DNA from: Candidatus Asgardarchaeum abyssi
GTDB taxonomy: Archaea > Asgardarchaeota > Asgardarchaeia > Asgardarchaeales > Asgardarchaeaceae
NCBI GenBank assembly: GCA_040225955.1
Contig: JBECUL010000033.1
Location: 1-23,884, forward strand
Reading direction: 5' to 3'
Length of the DNA stretch: 23,884 nt
Under the pieces are notes generated by a model that made no database searches, was not told where the DNA came from, and saw only the letters and a list, made by a program, of their open reading frames with translations. The position numbers and the translations under genes are program-made. Positions 17,283 to 23,884 of the stretch are shown here, in pieces (position 1 is the stretch's first letter; every line of letters begins with the position of its first letter).

Positions 17283-18868
17283 TGTAAGATCTCAGTTATC
17301 TCATTTATGCTTTTGAAAAACTTAATCTTTTGTTTAATTGCCTCTATTTTTTTAATTTTTCTTAAAATATATCTTAATATCCTACTTGGATCTTTTTTTA
17401 GTTGACAAATCCATATTTCCTTATATGCGTCTGCATGAGTTACTAAGTACTTGACTGCTATATTTACTGCATTTTTATTTACTTCATAATCAACAAAATC
17501 TGGGGCCTCATATTGCAAAAGGGGATATATATGACTTATTTCTGCTGGTATTATTCCGAAAATGGATGATAAAAACAAGAAGTGTATTTCCCTAAATTTC
17601 TCATCACTTTTTATCTTTTTAGCAATTTCTTCAAATCTCTTACTTGCTTTTTCGTTTGCATCTCTCTCGTCCATCACAAGAGCAATCTTATATTTATATA
17701 AAGGTACATAATCAATTATATGTTTTCTATACCTTATAATCTCAGGTCTGTATGCGTCTTCAGGCCCGGAGTAAAACATAGCTTTAGGTTTACTTACTGG
17801 GTCAAATTTTTCAATAAATCTCATATATTTTTTTAATCTCTTTAACCCATTTAATAACCTGGGGTGGGCTCTTAATCTAATCTGAATATATTCCCAAAGC
17901 CTTCCTTCATAAATCGCTTGCCTTATTCGATTAATCTCTTGAACTGAAACATATAGATTATGTTCAGCAAGTACCCTCTCCCTCTCCCCTTTTGGTAAAT
18001 TCTTAATTTCATCAGGTGTATACTTTAAACATACTGGGCAAGCACATATTTGCTCCCTTAAATCACTAACCCTAATTGTACCATCTGGTGTTATATATCT
18101 ATCATCTTTTGCATAAAGAGCATATGCTGCTGAATCAAATAAATCAGCACCCATGGCCACCGCAAGAGAAAACATGATTGGATGTCCTGCGCCAAAAAGA
18201 TGTATTGGTCTGTCTGGTGGTAAGTACATTTTTGCGTTCATAAATATATCAACTAATGTAGCAAAATCATACTGCTCCATTAATATTGTTTGACTTCCAA
18301 CAGCAAATATATCAAAATCAAATTGGCTCATTTCTTTTGCTGAGAATCTAACTAAATCAGGATATGGCGAGCCTTGAACAGGACCAACCCATAGAATATC
18401 TGTACTTTCGTTTTTCATATCAAAGAATTGTTTTGCTCTTTCTAAAGTAATTTCTACAGCTTTTTCAGCTTGTTCTTTATTTTTTGCGGCTCCACTTGGA
18501 TAGTCTAAAATCACAGCTATGTCAGAGTTTATTTTTTCCTGATAATATATAATATCCTCTGGAGTTATGTCGATGTCTCCGTAGACTAATATCTGATACG
18601 CGCCGCTGTCAGTCATTATTATACCATCAAAATCTAATAATTTATGAACACCGATTTCTACGGCCTTCTCATCATACCTTTTTCTAATCAAATAAGAATT
18701 TGTGATTATAGCTGGAAGTTTAAACTTCTCTCTCATATCTCTTGGTGAAATCACTTGTCTTGTTGGACTAATCACTGGAAACATATATGGCGTCTTTATT
18801 TTCCCTCTTCTTGTATTCAATACGCCCACTCTACCAAGTAAATCTCGAGCCTTTATTTCAAACACCAT
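17279..18868 (-). CDS. tgtA: Archaeosine tRNA-guanine transglycosylase (ArcTGT), short form without an obvious PUA domain
   Basis: N-terminus FEIKARDLLGRVG, TDSGAYQ, LFGAGHP, and zinc site CACPVC...H. ATG 18868 is preceded by a GGAG SD. The ORF-track GTG 18883 is an alternative start. Confidence 0.85.
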   Translation of the reverse strand: MVFEIKARDLLGRVGVLNTRRGKIKTPYMFPVISPTRQVISPRDMREKFKLPAIITNSYLIRKRYDEKAVEIGVHKLLDFDGIIMTDSGAYQILVYGDIDITPEDIIYYQEKINSDIAVILDYPSGAAKNKEQAEKAVEITLERAKQFFDMKNESTDILWVGPVQGSPYPDLVRFSAKEMSQFDFDIFAVGSQTILMEQYDFATLVDIFMNAKMYLPPDRPIHLFGAGHPIMFSLAVAMGADLFDSAAYALYAKDDRYITPDGTIRVSDLREQICACPVCLKYTPDEIKNLPKGERERVLAEHNLYVSVQEINRIRQAIYEGRLWEYIQIRLRAHPRLLNGLKRLKKYMRFIEKFDPVSKPKAMFYSGPEDAYRPEIIRYRKHIIDYVPLYKYKIALVMDERDANEKASKRFEEIAKKIKSDEKFREIHFLFLSSIFGIIPAEISHIYPLLQYEAPDFVDYEVNKNAVNIAVKYLVTHADAYKEIWICQLKKDPSRILRYILRKIKKIEAIKQKIKFFKSINEITEILQ

Positions 18869-18891
18869 AGTATATATCTCCACGAATTTGT

Positions 18892-19584
18892 TTACTTCAA
18901 GACAAATACTCGATTATAATTTAGTAATTTTACTAGATAACCCGGTATATCAAATAAGAATCTTGCTTTATCAGCTATTACAGAATCGCTCGAGCAGACA
19001 ATTACGTCATTCTCCTCAGAAGATATTTTAATTAACTCGTAATCAACATTTTTCGAAGTTCTTACTTCAAATTTCAATTTTGTTCTGCTCAGAATGTTCC
19101 TACATATATTTGCGATCATTCCGCTTCTACTGATTTGTTCATCAAACAAAATCGTTACTTTTTCTGGATTTAAATCCAGTAAGGTATAAAACAGCATGTG
19201 TAGAACATCTTTTGTATACTTCTTTATTTTATATCTTGAAAAAATTTGCTCTAAGTCTCTATATATTTTATCATCGCTTAGAAAAATATAATGCCCAACG
19301 TGCATAGCCTCTGTAGTAATTAGTACATTAAACCCATCAATTACTAAAGTTCTATCATTTATTTTATCTTCACTTAATATTTTTCTCTCTCTTCTCTTTA
19401 TATCGTCATCTGAGTATATTACTCTATCAAGTAAGATTCTGTATTTTTTTTCTAAAAGATAATGATTGGAAACGAATTCTAATGCCACTTTTTTATTATA
19501 TCCTCTATTTATTAGAAAACGAAGATCATCTGCTGCCATCTTTAATTTTTCTAAAATATTAAAAAGATTGTTACAATTATTCAT
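18892..19584 (-). CDS. DUF434-like N-terminal domain fused to a NYN/PIN-like (YacP-type) predicted ribonuclease domain
   Basis: The N-terminus DDLRFLINRGYNKKVALEFVSNHYLLEKKYRILLDRV resembles my recollection of DUF434. The C-terminal part has three acidic motifs spaced as in YacP-type NYN domains: LVIDGFNVL, ILFDEQ and VCSSDSVI. ATG 19584 overlaps the thiL stop by 8 nt (ATGAATAA). ATG 19635 and ATG 19539 are alternative starts. Confidence 0.5.
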   Translation of the reverse strand: MNNCNNLFNILEKLKMAADDLRFLINRGYNKKVALEFVSNHYLLEKKYRILLDRVIYSDDDIKRRERKILSEDKINDRTLVIDGFNVLITTEAMHVGHYIFLSDDKIYRDLEQIFSRYKIKKYTKDVLHMLFYTLLDLNPEKVTILFDEQISRSGMIANICRNILSRTKLKFEVRTSKNVDYELIKISSEENDVIVCSSDSVIADKARFLFDIPGYLVKLLNYNRVFVLK

Positions 19585-20599
19585 TCTTGAAATGAATCCA
19601 TCCTCTTTCAACAATTTTTTTACTCCCTTTTTCATTTCTTAAAATCACTTCAGGGGAAGCTATTGCCTCACCAATTTTGTAAAATTTATAATTATTTTTT
19701 CTAGCTTTTTTCATAAAGTTATCCCAGCAATCCCTTTTTACAGCAAATATTATTTCAAATTCCTCTCCGCCATAAAGAGCAAAATCTACTGGGTTAACGT
19801 TATTTCTTATTGAAATCTCTCTTACTTTCTCATCAATTGGGACGTTATCTATTATAAATCCTATATTTTCATTATTTCTAATAAGTTCATAAATACTTCT
19901 CACAAGACCATCACTGCTATCAATAGCGGAAACCACTTCCTCATTTTCCGATAAGAAAACTCCCTCTTTAACTCTAGCTATGGGTCTACACATAAATCTT
20001 TTAATATATTCAAAATCTTCTTTTGAAAGATTTTTTAGCTTATTTTTTTCAAGAAATATTTTAAAACCAAGACCTGTAACTCCAAAAACACCTGTTGTAG
20101 CTAAAATATCTCCTGGCTTTATGCCTTTTCTTCTTATAATCCTATATGGCGCATATCCTATTACAAATCCGTCGGCTATAAGCTCTTTACTTTCATTTAA
20201 GTCGCCGCCAATTAATCTCAAATTATAAAATTTAAGTGCCTCATGTATTCCACTTAGAAAATCTTCAAAATCCTTTATTGCCATATCCTTCGGCAAACCT
20301 AAAGAAAGAATGAACTCCTTAGGAATTGCTCCTTTTGCAGCTAAATCACTGACAACCATTGTTACAAACTTCCATCCTGCACATTTAAGACCTAGCTGTG
20401 GTATGATATCTGTGCTTTCCACTAACATATCAACATTTATCAAAATACTTTTTTCAGAAGAAATTTCATTGTAAACATTAGTGAGAAAAGCATCATCGCC
20501 AAATGGAAGCCTATCTCTATCAATAATTACATCAGAAAAACGAGTGTATATCATCCTTATAAGCTGAACTTCAGAGAAATCGCCAACTTTAACATTCAA
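19577..20599 (-). CDS. thiL: Thiamine-monophosphate kinase (ThiL; PurM/AIR-synthase-related superfamily)
   Basis: Collinear with ThiL landmarks:
- GDFSEVQLI (GEFxLI)
- GDDAF (GDDxA)
- VSDLAAKGA
- LIGGDLN
- KPGDILATTG
- AIDSSDGL
- YGGEEFEIIF
- GWIHF at the C-terminus
I prefer the TTG 20599 start, 4 nt after a GGTGAT SD. GTG 20611 is the maximal ORF. Confidence 0.7.
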   Translation of the reverse strand: MNVKVGDFSEVQLIRMIYTRFSDVIIDRDRLPFGDDAFLTNVYNEISSEKSILINVDMLVESTDIIPQLGLKCAGWKFVTMVVSDLAAKGAIPKEFILSLGLPKDMAIKDFEDFLSGIHEALKFYNLRLIGGDLNESKELIADGFVIGYAPYRIIRRKGIKPGDILATTGVFGVTGLGFKIFLEKNKLKNLSKEDFEYIKRFMCRPIARVKEGVFLSENEEVVSAIDSSDGLVRSIYELIRNNENIGFIIDNVPIDEKVREISIRNNVNPVDFALYGGEEFEIIFAVKRDCWDNFMKKARKNNYKFYKIGEAIASPEVILRNEKGSKKIVERGWIHFKNE

Positions 20600-20618
20600 T
20601 AAAATCACCACACAATGA

Positions 20619-20705
20619 AGCCGCAGGGGGGATTTGAACCCCCGACCAACGGATCTCTCTATCTCTATACGAGTCCGTCGCTCTACCGGGCTGAGCTACT
20701 GCGGC
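20619..20705 (-). tRNA. tRNA-Thr (anticodon CGU) with a 13-nt intron at the canonical 37/38 position
   Basis: Manual fold of the reverse complement:
- Acceptor GCCGCAG/CTGCGGC, discriminator U.
- D arm GCTC-AGCCCGGTA-GAGC.
- Anticodon stem ACGGA...TCCGT separated by 20 nt (loop CTCGTA.A plus the intron TAGAGATAGAGAG at 20655-20667).
- T arm GGGGG-TTCAAAT-CCCCC. Confidence 0.85.
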
Positions 20706-20858
20706 ACTATATAATTCTAATTATTAATCCAAGATAAAATATTACTCAAATTATCTCCTCAAAATTAATTAAATAATAAAGTATTTTAAGCTTTACTTAT
20801 ATGTGACTCTACTTAGTTTTTGGTAAACAGTTATTTCATAAAAAGGGAGAAGCTAGTA

Positions 20859-21161
20859 TTAACCAAATAGAGCGCTCAATCCTTCTACAACCTCTTCCTC
20901 TTCTTTCTTTTCTTCTTCTTCCTTTTTCTCTTCTTCTTTCTTTTCAACAGGAGCAGCTGCTTGTGCAGCAGGCATTGCCATAGGGAATGCAGCGCTCTTT
21001 ATAGCCTCATCAATATCTATTTCCTTGGCTGCTGCTACAACTGCTTTTACCATAGCTGGGTCTGCTTGTGCTCCTACTGCTTCGAAAAGCTTAGTTAAGT
21101 TTTCTTCATTTATATCTTTCCCTATTTTATGGAGAAATAATATCGCATAAACGTATTCCAT
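20859..21161 (-). CDS. rpl12: 50S ribosomal stalk protein P1 (archaeal L12)
   Basis: [22 protein letters not shown]..., an Ala-rich hinge, an acidic KKEEE repeat and a C-terminal GLSALFG. ATG 21161 lies 7 nt after a GAGGTG SD. The ORF-track start at 21167 is a TTG two codons upstream. Confidence 0.92.
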   Translation of the reverse strand: MEYVYAILFLHKIGKDINEENLTKLFEAVGAQADPAMVKAVVAAAKEIDIDEAIKSAAFPMAMPAAQAAAPVEKKEEEKKEEEEKKEEEEVVEGLSALFG

Positions 21162-21443
21162 CTGCAAACACCTCTAGTGTTTATATCTTTCGCAAATCGC
21201 ATCATACATTATCACTATTTATTTTTTTCTGTTTTATAAGATCATCATATTTTTACAGCATAGCGATATTTGAAAATGATGATACCGTATTGATTATTTT
21301 TACAAATGATTTATATTTATACTTATTTTCAAGAGAGAATTTTTTATTATATGCTGACGATAGATAAACTATCGTATTAATTCTCCTAAGAGAAAGAATA
21401 TATATTCTTCAAAAAACTTGATTATATATAGCTGGTGATTTAA

Positions 21444-22343
21444 ATGGTACGATATCCTGTAGCGATAGGTTTTTACCCGGGAAATAAAATAGACTTAAAA
21501 AAATCAATAGAAGCAAGTTTTCTTCATAAGTATGGCCCTGGCAAGCTTCCAGAAAAGGATAAAGAAATAAAAAGCCAAATAGCCATAGGAATTTCTCCTC
21601 ATGCGGGTTATCAATTTTCTGGGCCAATAGCTGCGAATCTCTACTTCTCATTATCACAAATTAATAAGCCTAAAACAGTAATATTGCTAGGTCCTAGTCA
21701 TTACTTCCTCTCAGATATTGTTGCCATTATGAAGGATGAACCTTGGTTAACACCATTTGGTGAAATAAAGATCAATAACGATATTGCTAATAAATTAATT
21801 GAAGATTGTGACTTAATAATTGAAGAGCCTGCGGCGCATGCTCATGAGCACTCCTTAGAAGTTCAACTTCCATTTCTTCAATACTTATATGGTAATACTT
21901 TTAATATTGTTCCTCTAGTGTTTGGCCACTTGAATTTACGTTCTTTAGAGTCCATCGGCGATACGATCGCAAGAGTTATATCGGAAAATAATGTAAATGA
22001 TTTCCTTATAGTCGTAAGTTCGGACTTTACACATTATGGTTCTGGGTATGGTTATACCCCGGTTGGTTCTTTACCGGAAAAGGGTTTGAAATGGATGTAT
22101 GAAATGGATAATAAAGCAATTAAAAAAATAGTAAACTTGGACTATAGGGGCTTTTACGAATTTGTTACTAAAAATAATATGACAATTTGTGGGTATGTGC
22201 CAATAACTACTGGCATTATTATAGCTAAGCAATTAGGCTTAGGTAATGCTAAGCTTTTAAAGTATGCAACATCATGGGATACTGCACCAGAATACAGATC
22301 TGGGGCCCATATTGTGGGATATGCATCTATATTAATCACCTGA
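21444..22343 (+). CDS. amrB: MEMO1-family protein (AmmeMemoRadiSam system protein B)
   Basis: 299 aa containing AGxFYPG-like (AIGFYPGN), GISPHAGYQFSG, GPSHY and HEHSLEVQLPFLQ. GGTGAT SD. No AMMECR1 or radical-SAM partner in this window. Confidence 0.85.
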   Translation: MVRYPVAIGFYPGNKIDLKKSIEASFLHKYGPGKLPEKDKEIKSQIAIGISPHAGYQFSGPIAANLYFSLSQINKPKTVILLGPSHYFLSDIVAIMKDEPWLTPFGEIKINNDIANKLIEDCDLIIEEPAAHAHEHSLEVQLPFLQYLYGNTFNIVPLVFGHLNLRSLESIGDTIARVISENNVNDFLIVVSSDFTHYGSGYGYTPVGSLPEKGLKWMYEMDNKAIKKIVNLDYRGFYEFVTKNNMTICGYVPITTGIIIAKQLGLGNAKLLKYATSWDTAPEYRSGAHIVGYASILIT

Positions 22344-22379
22344 TAAAGACATGTTCTGTACATAGCAAAAGCGAGGATA

Positions 22380-22393
22380 TTTTTTGAATTTTT
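22380..22393 (+). terminator. Oligo-T terminator candidate after the MEMO1-family gene
   Basis: TTTTTTGAATTTTT (a T6 and a T5 tract) about 37 nt after the stop codon. Confidence 0.35.
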
Positions 22394-22427
22394 GAGTCTA
22401 AGCAGCAGCTCAAGTATTTAAAAAATA

Positions 22428-22459
22428 TTTATAAATTCATTTAGGTATTCATTTATAAA
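22428..22459 (+). promoter_or_regulatory. Two identical TATA-box candidates upstream of tbp
   Basis: ATTTATAAA occurs twice, with TTTATAAA at 22428-22435 and 22452-22459. These are 24 nt apart and lie 56 and 32 nt upstream of the tbp ATG. Confidence 0.4.
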
Positions 22460-22490
22460 CCACACTACTTGCTACAAATAGGTGAGTTAA

Positions 22491-23042
22491 ATGTCTGAAA
22501 AACAACCAGAGGCAAAGGTAGAAAATATTGTTGCGTCTATTACGCTTAATAAGAGGTTAGATCTAAATTATCTAGCTGAAACACTTGAGAGATGTAAATA
22601 CATTCCAGAGCAATTTCCTGGATTGGTTTATTATTTAGATAAGCCTAAAGCTACATTTCTCGTTTTCGAAACTGGGAAATTAGTATGTACTGGCACTACT
22701 TCGGAAGAGGCTTTGCATAGAGCTGTTAACAAGCTAGTTAAATTGTTTAAAAAATTAGGTATCAATATCACAAGAGAGCCTGAGGTAAAGGTGCAAAATA
22801 TTGTTGCGAGTGGAGATCTTCATGCTAGACTTAATTTGGACGAAGCAGTTATAACTCTTGAAAATATTCTCTATGAACCAGAACAATTTCCAGGGGCTAT
22901 TCTTAGATTTAAAAATCCTCGAGTTGTGTTTCTTCTTTTCTCCACTGGAAAGATTGTATGTACTGGTGCGAAATCAGAAGAGCAAGTAAGAGAGGCAGTA
23001 AATGCTTTATACAAAGAGCTTAAAGAATTAGGATTGATATGA
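22491..23042 (+). CDS. tbp: TATA-box binding protein
   Basis: 183 aa with the two TBP direct repeats: ENIVASITL...FPGLVYYL...ATFLVFETGKLVCTG, and QNIVASGDL...FPGAILRF...VVFLLFSTGKIVCTGAKS. Confidence 0.95.
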   Translation: MSEKQPEAKVENIVASITLNKRLDLNYLAETLERCKYIPEQFPGLVYYLDKPKATFLVFETGKLVCTGTTSEEALHRAVNKLVKLFKKLGINITREPEVKVQNIVASGDLHARLNLDEAVITLENILYEPEQFPGAILRFKNPRVVFLLFSTGKIVCTGAKSEEQVREAVNALYKELKELGLI

Positions 23043-23045
23043 TCG

Positions 23046-23100
23046 TTAAGTAACTTAATACTATAATCTCATAAGTTGAGTTTTTCTATTTTTCTATTTT
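23046..23100 (+). terminator. tbp terminator candidate: hairpin plus oligo-T tracts
   Basis: The palindrome TTAAGT-A-ACTTAA (23046-23058) starts 4 nt after the tbp stop. It is followed by a tandem TTTTTCTA-TTTTTCTA-TTTT (23081-23100). Oligo-T is the archaeal termination signal. Confidence 0.4.
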
Positions 23101-23248
23101 AAATTTTTATCGCGCTATAGTTATAGATATCGTAAATTATTGGTCTTACTAGAAATGTCATCAACATCCCACATTCTGAAATTTATTTTATTAACATGAA
23201 AATTATATTAATTTACAAATACTGTTACTGTATCATCCGGTGTTAGTA

Positions 23249-23884
23249 ATGAATGGAAGAGAGAATCTCTCGACACTTCAATTAATCCTCCAAACTTTCT
23301 CATCACCTATTAGAGTTAAAATTTTACTTACAATTCATGATCATCATAGTATATCTTTTTCGGCACTCATGAAAAGTATTCTTAATGAGATAGATAATAC
23401 TAGTAAGCTATCCTATCATCTAAAGCAATTAGTGAATGCTGGATTAGTGCAGCACGATAAAAAGACAAAAACATATACTCTGACGAAAAACGGGCAATTT
23501 GTTGTTAATTTTATTTTAGCTTTGGAGGATAAGATAACTATCCCAGAATCGATATTAGTATTTGATGTTTTAAATAATAAAATAATAGGCATAGAGGAAT
23601 ATATTAATGAAATTGAAAGAATTTATAGGTTGTCAATGAGTTATGAGCAAAGACTTCGTATTCTTGAGAGTGTACGTAAATTAAAAGAGAAAATTATACC
23701 TTCTACAATTATTGATAATCTAATATTTTTTAGCTTTTTAAAAACATATATAAATACTAGCATGGAAAACGTTTTTACTCCTCCATTTTCTCTTCGAATA
23801 GTTAATTACATAGAACAGAAGAAATCTCCTATTTATAGATACGCCGAAATCCAAAAAGTTCCCGCAACAATCTCAAAGGTTACT
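23249..23884 (+). CDS. ArsR-family wHTH protein with a long C-terminal extension; 3' end cut by the window edge
   Basis: This ORF is absent from the ORF track because it has no stop codon in the window. The frame is open from ATG 23249 to the window end (212 codons). The N-terminus LQTFSSPIRVKILLTIHDHHSISFSALMKSI...SKLSYHLKQLVNAGLVQHDKKTKTYTLTKNG is a typical ArsR/HTH_20 fold. A GGTG SD-like element lies upstream. Confidence 0.6.
   Translation, partial: MNGRENLSTLQLILQTFSSPIRVKILLTIHDHHSISFSALMKSILNEIDNTSKLSYHLKQLVNAGLVQHDKKTKTYTLTKNGQFVVNFILALEDKITIPESILVFDVLNNKIIGIEEYINEIERIYRLSMSYEQRLRILESVRKLKEKIIPSTIIDNLIFFSFLKTYINTSMENVFTPPFSLRIVNYIEQKKSPIYRYAEIQKVPATISKVT

Noticed and set aside
20889-20946. 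Polypyrimidine (plus strand) low-complexity tract resembling a simple repeat.
   Set aside because: It encodes the conserved acidic KKEEE-rich C-terminal tail of stalk protein P1 on the minus strand. It is not an independent repeat element.
21276-21357. Possible C/D box sRNA on the plus strand: a perfect C box ATGATGA at 21276-21282 and a CTGA at 21354-21357.
   Set aside because: The boxes are 71 nt apart, which is far too long. There is no D'/C' pair at 12-nt spacing and no terminal stem between the flanks. The minus-strand ATGATGA at 21242-21248 also lacks any CUGA partner.

Overview
AT-rich (by eye about 30-35% GC) archaeal chromosomal window. It is densely packed with core information-processing genes and shows no mobile elements, CRISPR arrays or integrases. 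The tRNA genes are sharply GC-rich against this background, which suggests a thermophile.

Gene content, left to right:
- Conserved archaeal RNA polymerase/str cluster on +: rpoA' 3' end, rpoA'', L30e, NusA, S12, S7, EF-1alpha, S10. EF-2 is absent from the cluster, which is the crenarchaeal/TACK-type arrangement.
- RNA-ligation neighbourhood: archease (-), tRNA-Ser(UGA) (+), a small wHTH regulator (-) and RtcB (+). A perfect 19-nt palindrome sits in the wHTH/rtcB divergent promoter.
- Tightly packed minus-strand block: tRNA-Pro(CGG, intron), then Lhr-type helicase, EngB GTPase, four-OB-fold RPA and an Elf1-like zinc ribbon. tRNA-His(GUG) lies just upstream.
- ADP-forming acetyl-CoA synthetase alpha subunit, then an unannotated C/D box sRNA (minus strand, 15271-15329) and ftsZ.
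- A second minus-strand block: tRNA-Thr(CGU, intron), then ThiL, a DUF434 + NYN-like predicted nuclease, archaeosine tRNA-guanine transglycosylase and an orphan 149-aa GGDEF/palm-like protein whose start overlaps the tgtA stop (ATGA).
- Stalk protein P1, a MEMO1/AmrB-family protein, TBP, and a 3'-truncated ArsR-like gene.

Most interesting:
- the tRNA-led tgtA cluster with the NYN-like nuclease and the GGDEF-like palm protein;
- the C/D sRNA, whose D' guide is complementary to a conserved 16S rRNA segment;
- the wHTH/palindrome embedded between archease and RtcB;
- two operons that start within 7-26 nt of a same-strand tRNA gene;
- a 9-mer (TAGCGATAT) that recurs only in intergenic regions.

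All product calls come from reading motifs in the translations. No database search was possible.
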